Below the pieces are notes generated by a model, which was not told the origin of the DNA, made no database searches, and saw only the letters and a program-made list of their open reading frames with translations. A DNA stretch of 64,000 bases, from the NCBI GenBank assembly GCA_038087875.1, contig CM075985.1, positions 12,338,001 through 12,402,000 of the forward strand, written 5' to 3'. The position numbers and the translations under genes were made by a program. Shown one piece after another: positions 49,018 to 63,100 of this stretch (its first letter is position 1; every line of letters begins with the position of its first letter). Source of the DNA: Malacoraja senta. Its lineage: Eukaryota.

Positions 49018-49999
49018 GGTACACAAAAATGCTGGAGAAACTCAGCGGGTGCAGCAGCATCTATGGAGCGAAGGAAATAGGCAACGTTTCGGGCCGAAAC
49101 CCTTCTTCAGACTGATAGGGGGTGGGGAGAAGAAAGGAAAAAAGGAAAAGAGGCGGAGGAGGAGCCCGAGGGCTGGGGGAGGGGAGGAGACAACCAGAGG
49201 GCTGATGAAGGGGAGGGGACAGCAAGGGCTAGCAGAATTGGGAGAATTCAATGTTCAAGCCCCAGGATGTAGACTGCCCAAGCGGAATATGAGGTGCATT
49301 TCCTCCAATTTCTGGTGTTGCTCGCTGTGGCCATGGAGGAGACCCAGGACAGAGAGGTCAGATACGGAATGGGAGTTGAAGTGCTGAGCCACCGGGAGGT
49401 CAGGTTGGTTATTGCGGAACGACCGGAGGTGTTCGGCGAAACGATCGCCAAGCCTCCGCTTGGTCTCACCGATGTAGATCAGCTGGCATCTAGAGCAGCG
49501 GATGCAATAGATGAGGTTGGAGGAGATGCAGGTGAACCTCTGTCGCACCTGGAATGACTGCTTAGGTCCTTGAATGGAGTCGAGGGGGGAGGTGAAGGGA
49601 CAAGTGTTGCATCTCTTGCGGTTGCAAGGGAAAGTACCCGGGGAGGGGGTGGTACGGGAGGGAAAGGAAGAATTGACAAGGGAGTTACGGAGGGAGCGGT
49701 CTTTGCGGAAGGCAGACATGGGGGGAGATGGGAAGATGTGGCGAGTGGTGGGGTCACGTTGGAGGTGGCGAAACTGATGGAGGATCACTTGTTGTATGTG
49801 ACGGCTGGTGGGGTGAAAGGTGAGGACTAGGGGGACTCTGCCCTTGTTGTGAGTGGGGGGATGGGGAGAGAGAGCAGTGTTGCGGGGTGTGGCAGAGACC
49901 CTGGTGCAAGCCTCATCTATGGTGGAGGAGGGGAACCCCCGTTCCCTGAAGAATGAGGACATTTCGGATGCCCTGGTGTGGAATGCCTCATCCTGGGAG
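49018..49999 (-). mobile_element. Neptune-type Penelope-like retroelement (RT thumb/linker, Cys linker, GIY-YIG endonuclease), truncated by the gap
   Basis: ORF reads ...FRERGFP...PLVLTFHP...GTFPCNRKRCNTC...SSNLIYCIRCSRCQLIYIGETKRRLGDRFAEH...PVAQHFN. Compared with the 6057 copy there is an apparent 1-nt deletion near 49258. Hammerhead-like core at 49083-49110. Confidence 0.9.
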
Positions 50000-50199
50000 N
50001 NNNNNNNNNNNNNNNNNNNNNNNNNNNNNNNNNNNNNNNNNNNNNNNNNNNNNNNNNNNNNNNNNNNNNNNNNNNNNNNNNNNNNNNNNNNNNNNNNNNN
50101 NNNNNNNNNNNNNNNNNNNNNNNNNNNNNNNNNNNNNNNNNNNNNNNNNNNNNNNNNNNNNNNNNNNNNNNNNNNNNNNNNNNNNNNNNNNNNNNNNNN
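50000..50199. other. Assembly gap (200 N)
   Basis: Exactly 200 N. Confidence 1.
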
Positions 50200-51145
50200 G
50201 ATCTCTTTTTGAGTTTCATAACTATTGTCTCTGAATTGTGATTCACCATGTTGGAGCCTCCATATATTGGGATTTATCATTGTGGTCTCTGAACTGTGTT
50301 TTACTGTAATGGGTCTTGGGGTTCAATGTATTGGGGTTCATTATTAGGAGCTGAACTGTGATTAACTGTACAGTGGTTCACTATCAGCAACTTTAAATTG
50401 TGATTCACTGCTCTGGATTCACTATATTGGTTAACTTATATTGTACAACTGCTTATTGTACAACCCCATTATATCTTTTGTTTCAGTTTACGAATGACCT
50501 GGTAAGCACTTACTGCTCACTACACGATGACTGGCAGAACAACCAGCACTATAACAACCTGGCAGTCATGTTCCTGGAGCTAGTTACACCAGAGATGGAT
50601 GTTGATCAGATTGGTAAGGGTCCTGGGTATGGCTAGAAATGAATGTGGGGATGAACATGAAGTAGAGATTAGAGATGAGGATGGAGATTGAGATCATTGT
50701 GGAGTTCACCAATATGGGAAGTTGGAATAGGGAGTAAAGATAAGAATAGTAAAGGAGATAGGAATAGAGAGGATAGACATGGAAGTCGGATGGAGGTGAA
50801 GATTAAGATGTTGAATATTGAGCTGGATATGAGGATAGGGATGGAATTGAGAATGTTGAGGATGTGGTAGAAATGCCAAAAGACTTGAAGATTGGGATGA
50901 GTTGGGAATTAGAATTGGAATGAAACAAATTTGGGAGATGGAGATGGAGTTGAGCATGGCGGTCGAGAAGAGAGATGTGAGGGCTGAGTAGTTCCAAGAG
51001 GTCTGGGTTATGTTTTGTTAGCCACGCCCGAACAATATACCTGTGTCTCACAGATCAGACATACGTTCCCTCCCCCTGACCCTCGCCCTCTTTGATTCTG
51101 TTTTTTTTATTAGTTCTTGAAACATGGCAAGATATCATTAATCAC

Positions 51146-51196
<51 letters not shown>

Positions 51197-54100
51197 ACCC
51201 ACCCTCCTCCACACCCACACACTCTCTTCATGTAAGTCTTCCCTAGATTTTTTTATTTTCATCTCTTTCCTCTTCTCACTCATTTTACCTTCATTTCCCT
51301 CTCAATCCATGATCATAAGAATTTAAACTTGTGTGAGCCTCTGCCATGAATTGTACTCGCAACTATTCACCGAGTTCCACTGATGCATGAAGGTGAGACA
51401 ATACTCATGCACATTCTTAGCTCTCGTAACCAAATTGACATTTCTCCACCTCTCTTTCTGCTTGCCTCTCTTTCTTCTTCTGTTCTCTCACCCTTTTCAT
51501 TATTTTCCTTTCTCTGTCACCTTTTTCTGAACCTCCCTCGATTTCTGCCTTTCTATCCTTACTTCATCCAGCTTTGAGATATTTCCACATAACAGAGCAG
51601 GTGTTGGACCTCTTAGTTCTAGGAAGATTCCTGTGGGTTCAACCACGACTAGCACATCACTGAGTCTGCCAAGGAGGTTAAGATTAATCTCTATTAATCC
51701 TTAGAGTTTCTGTGCTACATCATAACAGTGGATTAGGGAGAGACCTGAAGGTTAAAAGGAGAATCTGAGGATTAACTTTTTAGTGCTGGAGTAACTCAGT
51801 GGGCCAGGCAGCATATCTGGAGAACATGGATAGGTGAAGTATTGGGTCGGGACCCTTCTTCTAACTTCAGCCAGTCCCTTGAAATACATGGCTTTTTTTC
51901 TAGTGAGGTGCCACAAAGATCTGTGCTGGGCACCTATCTGTTCACAATCTTTATCAATTATTTTGATGAGAGAACCAAATGTAATATAACCAAAATTGCT
52001 GGGTGGAAGTGTGAGCTGTAAGTGGAATACAATAGACTTTGAGGGGTTTAGGCTGGCTAAGTGAAAAGCTGAGGACATATTTGCCTTCTTTAGTATTTAA
52101 AAAAGTCTATTTTATATAGTAAGATATTGGAAAAGTATTGGTGTTCAGGGGATATGAATATGACAGTAAGAATATCCAGCTGAAATTTTAGATTGTCCAA
52201 GTGAAAATGAGAGTGGAATATTGTGCACCGGTCTTCCTACCCAAGGACTGATATACTTGTGATCAAAGGCGTGTAGTGCAGATTTACCAGATTGATGATT
52301 AGGGTAAAAATATTAAATTATCTATCCAAACAGGAGGGATTAAGCATCCTGCATTAGACTTGAGTTTTGAGGAACGAGTGATCTCGGTGAAAAGTAGAAC
52401 ATTGTCATGGGGCTTGACAGGGGAAGTGGAGTGTCCAGAGAACAAAGGGGTCTGGAACAAAGGCTCAGATCAGAGGTAAAGAGTTGCCCATTACGGACTG
52501 AGATGAGAAGAAACTTCTTCACCCGTGGGATAGTGAATAATTGGGATTTTCACCCAAGATAATTGTGGAGGTTCAGCCATTGGATATATTTAAGATATGA
52601 AAGTAATCAAAGAATATGTGATCAGTGTAGGAGAATGGTATTGAGGTAAAAGATCAATCATGCTCTCAATCAATCAATGATTCAAGAGATATAGGGGCAG
52701 CCACCCTATCCCTGCTTCTATCTCCTCTGTTCTTCCATGTTTATTAAAGATGGGTTCTGAGAGTTGGAAAATGGGTCAGTTTGGCATGGAAAGGGGACAG
52801 GGGTCATGGAATGCAGGAGAGGGTGGGAGATTGCAACCTTCACGTGGGAAGGCCCTGTTTCAACGAATGCAATCAACCTGGCGTGCACAATCAAATAAGA
52901 TCAAATAGAACAAGTTGTCCTACAACTTTAGGCTGTGCACGCCATACGCAAGAAGAAGAAGAAGAATGCAGGAGCTGAGAATGGGCACTGACTTGCTCCT
53001 CTATATGTTTATTCCATGGGAGGGTCTGTCCAGGCATTGTTTAAACACGTGACTTTTTGTATCTGACAGAGCAGGGTCTGGGATCTGCTGATGTTTCGGT
53101 GCATGACAACATGGATAATGGAGTTGTGTTGGACATCTGCAAGGTTAAACCATCTGCTGTTAGAGGTGATGCCATCAATTCCAGTGAAATAACTGTACCA
53201 ACTCTGGACAACTTTCCATTGCCACAGGTGAGTTGGCTGAGTTGGGATTAATGCAAATGCAAATAATCTAGGCCCAATCTCTGGAAAGTACATCCTGGGT
53301 TTTCTCACACCCATCACAGTTCCTCCATCGAGCAAGGTGGCCTTGTTTGTTGCCTTCTCACTAAGACTTCGTCTACCCCCCTCATTAATGGCAGATCAGC
53401 TTCAAGCTCCTTCGATGAGTATTCTGGACTCCGTGCCAGGGAACTTTCCCGTGAGCTGGCACTCCAAATTTCCAAGCTACAAATTCCAGGAGTGCTTGCA
53501 CAAGACCCCAGTGTCACATGCACATACACCAAATGAAGCCTGCTTCCTGGACCCTGTGAGTCCTGAGGTTGTGGGCAGATTTGAATGGCCTGGAGTTCTC
53601 ATTGAAATCTCCAGGAACCCTGCATATTGAGGGAAATGTTTCTTACAACTGCAAGTGGAGAGGGTTGTGCATCACCAGGGATGATCTTGGAGGTGGATTC
53701 AATTACACCATTCATAAGGAAGCTGGATGAGGATCCAAAAGGAAATTAACAAGGCAATAGGGAGAGTTGGAAAGCATGACTAGCTAGATTGCCCTAACAT
53801 GGACCTGATGGGCCAGATCACCACCTGCCATACTGTAACCATTCTCAGAGTCAGAGTAACAGATGCCAGGTTCAAAACTCACCAGCTTCAGGCCCAGGGA
53901 ATGAACACTGCAAAGGGGAGGGGGTAAGAGTCAGAGGCTTCATATCCAAGCAGGGAGGAAGAGAGAGCCTGCAGCCCTAGGTAGTGAGAGAGAATGAGAG
54001 GAGAGACTGCACCTTTGGCAGAGGGGGGAGTCAGTACCTCCAGGGAGGGGAGAGCAAAAGCAGCTTCAGGGGCGGGGGAAGAAAGTCACAGGGGGGAGAG

Positions 54101-57100
54101 AATAGACACTTTCAAGGGATGGGGAGAGAGTCTGCACTCAGGAGCAGAAAGCCTATTGGTTTGAGATATTTGGTGAGAAGCTGGGAGAGTGGTTTGATTG
54201 CTTGAACGTGGCTCGTTGTTGGACTCTGACATTTATGGGCCACTGTTGCCTGTCCATCCGTTGTCCCAATAGTACTGACTGTCCTGCTCCCTCCACATAG
54301 AATTGGATCATTTCATGTGCATCTGTATATGCCTGTGTAGTCCAGTGGAGACTAATCTGAACATATATGGTGGGGGGGGGTGGAAGGCTGAGTGATGTCC
54401 GCTCAAGGAAAGGCGTTGTGATTTCTTGGTGTTAAGTGAAAGTCACGACTGTGCTGAGATCCACGAGCCTCCATATTAGCTTCTGTTTCTTTTCTTAAAG
54501 GAACCAACCCTTGAGGTGCACAAATTGGAGGAGCTGGAGGAGATTTGTGTTGGTTATCCAGAAAACATAGAAAAAATGGATCTGGGGATTCCAATTGAAG
54601 CTTCAGCAAAAGTCAAGAGTGAGATATGTGAAGCAGAAGGGGGCTTAGTGAGGGATCAGCAACACCTGAAGGAGACGGATTCAAAGTCTGGAGAGCTGGT
54701 GAGAACAAATATCTGCATTGTGTATCCCCACGAGAGCTTTCTGACCACAAGGTCTGTGTTACACCGTGACCTCTGTAACATGAAGCATTCATCTGTTGAA
54801 CCTGCCTCCCACCCACCCAGCCCTGCTGGTAGAGATGAGAATTCATTGCGCAGTCAATATCAAGTACATCTCAACTAGGTTCAGCTTCGTAATCTGGCAC
54901 AGTAAAGAGGTCGAAGCAATATTAAAATAACACAGATGAAGAGGTTGTACCTCAGTACAACTAACTCCCTAAGATACTTGAAAATGAGGAATAATTTAAA
55001 CCAAAAGTTTTTTTATTGAACAAAAGAGAAGCTTCAAATTTGATGAACCATTCCCTTACTGAGTCACTGGCAAGTTCCATGCAAAACTGTGTAGCCACAA
55101 CTGAAACAGCAGGTGATTGCAATTGTTAAGGGTGATACAGTAAAACTGATAATCTGGCATAGTCAAGACACTGTTGGTGACAGATGAGCAGATTTTCCAG
55201 ACTATTACATGTTACTCTTATTAATTATCTAGCATATTTCTATTTCATTCTTTTTACATGGTATGTAGTAATATAATAGGTTTTCCAGTGAGTTGCTAAG
55301 TTTAAAGAATGCAGGAAATATGACGAGATGACCATTCACAGTTGATCCCATGGAACTCAGTCTTCAGTTCCTTGTTTTTTTTCCCCTGGCAATTTGCAAA
55401 AGCTTTAGACTTAAAATATAGGGGCCATGATAAAGAGGTCTGCAGACAGAGCAAAGATGTCATGTGGTTGACTGTGAGGAGGAAAGCTTCAAACTGCAAG
55501 AGGCAATGGATGGTCTGGTCAGTCATACATGAAGCTGGACAATGGAATATAATCCAGAGAAGTCCAGGCTAATGTAATGCAATTGGGCAAGTACATAATA
55601 ATGCGAGGATATTGAGTGATGTGGAGAGCAGTAGGACCTTTGAAGGTCCTACAGCAAGACAGGTCAATAAGGTGGTTAAAAAAGGCATTTGGGATGATTC
55701 TCTTTATTAGTCAAAGTATAAAATATAAGAGTTTAAGGAGGTTAAATCAAAACTAGTAAGGCCACACCTTAAGTATGACATAAGGTTCTGATCACTGCAT
55801 CACAGGGAAGGTGAGATTGCAGTGGAGAGGATGCAGATACCTATGAGGATGCCCACACTGTCAACTACATGGCTAATCTTTCATTGGCTGCAGACTGCTT
55901 CAGCATGCCCTCTTACATTTAGTCTAAACTTACAAATTACCCAAAAACTAAAAAGCAAGGCACTGAGAGAAATGGTAGCTATGTGGATGTTAGCGCTACT
56001 GTAATTGGTTTTTGTTATGCACAAAATCATGGGGCCCCAGATTGTGCAAATAGGAAGAAGTATTATCTTTAACGCAGGATTCAAAAACAGGAGCTCTGTT
56101 TTCATTGTACATTAATTTTTTACGATACTATATAACACCCTCCTTGGTTGGCAAGGATAATTTGGCCCATAGGGCCTGTTTCTGTGCTGTATAGCTATGA
56201 TTTTTATAACCATTATAATCCTCCATTATAACCTCGTATGATCTGGGTTATGGTAGGAATCAAATCGCCGCATCCTGCTGCCATATCTGGTATGGCCTTC
56301 ATCCAGGGTATCTGATCCCATATTGTTGGCAGGTTCGTACATCTGTTGCCATCATCTGCCTTCTTTTGGTTGTCTCCCATCGTCTTACAACATGTAGGAT
56401 GCTCAAACAGAGGTTGGGATGTGATGATCTAACCTTCCTCAATATTCCCTTGGCCAGCTTCACAATGTTCTACTGCAATGGAAAATGGGATGATATTGTT
56501 TGGTATTCAAGCTATTAGTCTACAGAGAACATCACTGAAGCATCCATGGACATTTTTTATATTGCTATTTGGTAAACCAAACCTAGATATGTCTACTTAA
56601 TCAACATAACAGGCCCTTCTGCTCACAATGTTCATGCCGAACAGGATGCCAAGGTAAACAAATCTCTGCCTGCACATGATCCATATCCTTACATTTCCCT
56701 GCATTTATCCATGTGCTTCCACTATCACACCCTGTAGTGCTTTCCAGGAACCCACCACTCTCTGTGTGAAAGAATCTTGCCCTGCAAAACTCCTTTAGAC
56801 TTTGAACCTCTCACCTGAAAGCTTTACCCTCTAGTCTTTGACATTTCCACCCTGGGAAAAACGTTCAGACTATCTACCCTATCTATGTCTCAGGTAACTT
56901 TATATACTTTTATCCAGTCTCCCCTCCATGTATGATGTACCAGAGAAAACAATCTAAATTTGTCCAACCTCTCTTTATGGCTAATATCCTCTAATCCAGG
57001 CAACATGCTGGTCAACTTTTTCTGCTGCCTCTCCAAAGCCTCCATGTCCTTCCTGTATTGGTGCAACCAGAACTGCACACAAATGCAGCAGAATTAAAGT

Positions 57101-60100
57101 CCTATAAAGCTGCAACATGACTTCCTGACTCTTATACCCAATGTCCAGATCTTCTTTACCACTTTATTGTGTTGCCATTTTCAGCGAGATCCTTTGTACA
57201 TCAATCCTGTTAAGGGCCTTGCCAATGACATTATACTTTCCCCTTACATTCAAACTTCAGCTGCTCACTCTCCTCCCTGATACGTCTGGCTGTTCCACCT
57301 CCTCCTTGAGAATGTTCTGCATCTGCAAGACATCCTGGACCCTGACACCCGGGAGGCCACTGCCACACACCATCCTGGAGTCCTGTTTGTGGTCACAGAA
57401 TCGTCCACCTAATTAGTCTCCTACTAATATTGCTCTGCATTACTTTACTCTTCCTTCACTGTGCCTTAAATCCAGGTTCACCGGCACGATCTGACTGCTG
57501 CTGCTGCTGTTGTTCTCTCCTGAAAGGTCATCGCCCCAAAAGTATCCAAAAGGGTATACTTGTTTTCAAGGGAATGGTCAGAGGGGATTCTTGCGCTATC
57601 TACCAACTCTCTTTTCGGATAGTGACCCATTTACTTTCTGCATGCACCTTAGGTGTGACCATCTCACTATAACTCTTATCTATGACACTCTCGGTCACCA
57701 GCCACAGCTCCAGTTGCCTCACGCAGCCAGTCTGGAGCTGCAGATGTACACACTCCCCACGGGTGTGGTGTCGGGAACACTGGAAGTCTCCCTGACTTTC
57801 AACATCCTGCAGGAGGACCGCACCAGTGGTCTAACTGTCATTTCTTTCTGCACTGCCGCTGGAGGAACTTGTGGAAACCCCCCCACCCCACCTTATTTTA
57901 CCTTCAGCCTCCTTGCCAAAGCCTCACAAGCCAAAGTCTCAACACTTACCCTCAACAAAGCACTTAGCTTCAACACACAGCCTCTCCCAACATACCCACT
58001 CCCAATAGGCCACTCCACTATTACCTGCCTTTCTTTTATACACCACAAGGAGCAGTCATTCTGGGATGCCAACAGCTGGTTTTTAAACCTACCATGCTGC
58101 TCCTCCACTCAGCTGCTCTCTCAACACTTCATTGAATGCAGATAATATTGAACAGTAGCTGGCACAACAAAACATCTAGAGTTATACCACGTAGCTCTTG
58201 AAGGTATTCACACACTCCTTCCAAAAATAAATAACAAACCCATACTAGTAACAACTAACGACTTATATTAAATTATTCTTTCAATAAACTATTTACAAAC
58301 ATATTAATTGTATTTCCTATGTTTTTCCCAGCTGAAAACTAACTTGTTTTCCTCACTTGCCCAGCTCGGGTGCGAGGTCCCTGACCTGAACCGTCCACTG
58401 CCTGACCTGTCAAATATTTCCAGGATATCTTATTTTTACATCACAATCTACCCATAAAACTGAGAATTCCATGGATCGAGAGGAAATCAGGGGAGACCGT
58501 AAAGAGCGACTCAAAATTATGAGCTGTTTTGCAAGGAACAATTATATGTTCTGGTAATTTGGGCAGTAACTAAAAACAGAAACTTAAAAATTATTGACAA
58601 GTAACATCAAAATGAAATTTCTGCACCTACATGGTTAAGGTTTGTAACACACAAATAGTGGGAGAAATAGTGAACTATTTTTGTGACAGATGTTCAGGTG
58701 GCCAGATGTAATTGGCTGGGGTCCACCAACACCTACATGTGGTCACAAGTGTTGATTATAATTATCAATGACTGTGATCACAGGAAGGTTAACAACATAT
58801 ACAGAAGGGCAAATAGATGAAGTGAACAGAAAAATCATGACTAATGAATTTCAACATAGAGCCATAGAAAATAGGTGCAGGGGTAGACCATTCGACGCAT
58901 CGAGTCAGCACAGCCATTCAATATGATCATGGCTGATCATCCAAAATCAGTACCCCATCCCTGCTTTCTTCCCATATCCCTTGATTCCGTTAGCCCTAAG
59001 AGCTATATTTAACTCTCTCTTGAATACATCCAGTGAATTGGCCTCAACTGCCTTCTGCCAATAATTCCAGATTCACAACTCTCTGGCTGAAAGTTTTTCC
59101 TCATCTCAGTCCTAAATGGCCTACCCCTTATTCTTAAACTGTGACCCCTGGTTCTGGATTCCCCCAACATCGGGAACATTGTTCCTGCATCTAGCCTGTC
59201 CAATCCCTTTAAGAATTTTATATGTTTCTAAGATTCCCTGTCATCCTTCTAAATTCCAGTGATTATAAGCCCAGTCAATCCATTCTTTCATCATATGTCA
59301 GTCCCGCCATCCCAGGAATTAACCTGGTGAACCTATGCTGCACTCCCCCAATAGCAAGAATGTCCTTCCTCAAATTAGACCAAAACTGCACATAATAGGT
59401 GAATATTGAGTTATTCATTAATTTTTTCTAAATGATGGAAACATAGGACTGTTAGAAGACCAAAGAGATTTTGCTTTGCCTTTCTCAATATAATTTCATA
59501 AATAGGTACAAAAGGTAATCAGAAAGGTAAAAGTTATAAAAATAGCTACACTTGTCATTCCTACCTGATGAACGGTGAGCAGCTCTGAGCACTGAACCCT
59601 TTAAAGGCTTTGGATTTGGTGCAGAGTAAATGACAGGAATTTCACCCAACCTCGCTATCAGAATATATAACCAGGGCAAAGGGGAGCTGCTGGATATTGA
59701 TTGATGGCCCTCAGGGGAAGTCTGACAATGTTTAAAGGCTGGATATGGGGCCAGGGGTGATTACGGACATTGCTGTGTTTGCCGAGCTTTCCATTGGTCT
59801 GTGTTTTCTTTTTGAAAGGATGTTGTTTCTGTGGCTCAGAATGGAGAGCAAATGTTAGAGATTTCTGTTGATCATCCGGCCAGCCAGTCACAACAGGGAG
59901 AAATGGCTCTGCATATTCCATTAGATCAAGCCTCAGTGAAAGCCATGTCCAAGAGCGAGCAAGACCAGACACAAAAGCAGCAACAAGGAGATGGGCCTGA
60001 TTTAAAGTCCAGAGACTCGGTGAGAGTTAATATTTTACTGTCTCAGCCCATGTGGGTTTGCTGTCATGGGATATTATGTGTTACTTGGTGACAGCAGTCA

Positions 60101-63100
60101 CTATAGCCTTCTCTTGTAGATACTTGTGCCCCAACATAGTTATGGATGCATTTAATATTATGTATACCTTACCCGAGTACAAATTCCTAATCGGCCGCCC
60201 ATTATTCACTACAACGGAAAACATAGGTCTAACCCGTTTCCCATTCATTTTCACAGGAGATGCAACACTGTCCTCATCCCTTCCCTTCCAATTTTCCAGA
60301 GACCCAAGTAGTCTTTCCTGGTGAAGCAATGTCTCACATAGCACTTCTTCCAATTTAGGGGTCCGCTTGTAGGAGTTACAACTCATCTTTTGTTTGAGCA
60401 TGTTGCATCCTTTTAGACTCATCGTTGAGTTCTCCAGCCTTAGGTAACTTGGTTTTCTGTCTTTATCAGCATTGGTCATTCCTGCTGAAATTTATCCACC
60501 TGTGATTTTGGCACAGTTTTACTCTCTATTAGTTCATCCTGACCTGCTGAGCATATCCCATAGTCTTGCTATAAGCAACACACACAAATAAGTATAATCA
60601 ACATCACATTAACCCATTTGATCTGGTCTCACCCTGTCACATATTCTTTTTATCCTATCCTTTCTCTGTTCCATCTTCTTTGAAATTTTATATATTTTTC
60701 TCATCTTTCCCAGTTCTGACAAAAGATTCGTCTACTTCTCTTTCCCGCAGACACTAATTAACTTACTGTTTTTTTTTCCTTTACATCTAATTGTAACAGA
60801 ATTTCATTGTTCTATCTGGGACATGTGACAATAAAACACTCTTGACTCTAGAAGAGCATTCAGCCCTATAATTAAGTAATATTTGCCCAAACCATTTCAC
60901 AAACTTCTGGAGCAACTACAGGTTGACCAGTATCTGTGGAGGGAAATGGATAGTCACGATTCGAATTTGGGAACCTTCATCTGGACTTCTGAAATGTCAA
61001 CTGTCCAGTTTCCTCCACAGACGCTGCTCAACCCGCTGAGTTCCCCCCGAAGATTGTTTGGTGCTCCAGATTCTGCAGTCCCTCGTCTCATCTATTACAA
61101 CTATTTTAATTCTCTTGAGGAATCATCTCTCGTTCTTTCCATTTTTGCTGTATTATTATTCGTGCTAATCATTTTGCATTGTTTCCCAAAGTAAAGGGTG
61201 AAATATGTCTAAATTATTAATCATTCACTTTCACTGTGCTGTGGACCAGGCCTTCCACTTGGTCCTATTCTGAGTGCTTCTGTTTCTAGATGTGCTGGCC
61301 CATTGCAAGCTGTCAGTTGGGCGACACATTTTCACGTCTGTGATGAATGTGTTTAGTAAAATTGAGACATCAACTGTGCAAAAAGGTGGTTCTGGATGGC
61401 TGATGTGAATAACCTCATTGCATGGAATTTAGATCCTAGTGTGAAATTCCTTAGCCATGTGATGTTTGCCATTTTTGGTAGTCAGCTATGATTAAGGGTC
61501 TACAGGTTTAACTTACTGACTTGCCTTGAACTTTGAGCCACTAACCCAGGTCTCACCTGGTGATTGTTAATCTTATCCCGTGCTATGGCCGTTAGTAGCT
61601 CATTCACTAACTACTTGGAATCTTGATCAGTAGTGCAGGTGTTTCCATGGTTACAGCACTTTAAACATGGGCACTAATTTAAAATATAATCCACCCCCAC
61701 ACAGAATGCAGGGAACTTTGTCATGTTTTTTCCATTTGCTGTACATCTCCAACCATTGAGTGTGGAATTTTACATTCTCTCTCTGTTACTGATTTTGATT
61801 CTAGCTGAGTTTATCAGCCACCAAAAATCGCAGTTGATCTTCCAGTGATTAGTCTAGCAGATGCGAGAGAGACAGAAACAAAACAGTGGTGGGTGGAGAA
61901 ATGCAAGATGTGGGGATGTGGGAAAGTAGATGCTATAGGACTGGGCAGGAACTGTGTGTTACGTGAGGCTCCGGCATGGGGAGGGACAGGCTGCACACCC
62001 CATGACATGAAGTAGTTTCCCTTTGGTCATTTGTGCTGGTGGTTTGAGGGGTGACTGTGTTTTCTCTGGTGTGTAGTCTCACATAGGTGGCCCTCGGTGT
62101 AAGACGAACACAATATTAATATCAGAAGAAGAGAAGAAGCATGTCCTGAGGAGTCTGGCACATGTTCAGAGGAAAGCCGAAGAGAAGCGAAGGAGAGAGA
62201 AGGAGAGGCAGACACTACGGGTGAGTGGCTCCTGACTGGGGCACTGACCACGGTGACCAGATCTCCTGATCATCCCAGCATGGTCCACTTTCAGCTTCAT
62301 CCCAGGGATCATGAGCACCTGAGTGGCCTTCTTAGGAGACAGCATTTGGTCATCTTAGGACACCATTAAGATACAAGAGTGGGGACAGCAGTTCCCTGCC
62401 CCAAGGCCTAGGGTGTCTCATGTGAAGCAATGAATAAAGGTCCTGGGTCACAATCAGAGGATGCCAGATGGGCGGGTTGGTGTTTGCATTCCTTTACCTG
62501 TGTTGTCTTGCGCCTGGTACAAAAAAGACCTCCTATTCCCGAGAGGTCCTAGACTCCTTCCATCCCAGTTCAACAAGGCTTTAAAATTGGAACATGCACC
62601 AATACCTAATAACAACTCCATCTGATCTCATGACCTTTGATATCCACAGTTGGCTAGGGTCAGGCACATCCTGGGATTTCTTTGACCCTGGAGGATCAAC
62701 ATTCACACTTGACGGCACATATCAGCAGCACAGAAACAGTTTTGTCATTCATTTCAGAATTTATTGGGATCACATCAAGTGCTACAACCTCATTCATTCA
62801 AACCATTGATGTGCATCCCACCACAATCATGGCAGTCAGTGTGCAGTCCAGTGCTTGACACTAGAAAACAGTGTATAGCCCAGTCTCCATTCACTTGGGG
62901 TTCATACTGCATTCCCACACCCAAGGCTCTTCACCTCTTCTCTCCCTTGCTTGTCTGAGCTCATTCTCACTGTCCAGTAGTTAATGTCCTTGTTATTTGC
63001 TGCCTTTTTGTGTTTACAAATTTAGGTCCTGTCCAACGTTAATCCCTACCTCACCATCTCTGATCGCTATCTCTCTTCTAGGTACTGGAGGGCCTTTCCA

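Noticed and set aside
49255-50280. 341-aa ORF spanning the gap
   Set aside because: Artefact of translating through Ns. Only 49255-49999 is real (PLE ORF).
57510-58145. 211-aa ORF unique to the duplicate
   Set aside because: Created by the 1-bp homopolymer indel, antisense to a CR1 remnant. Not a gene.
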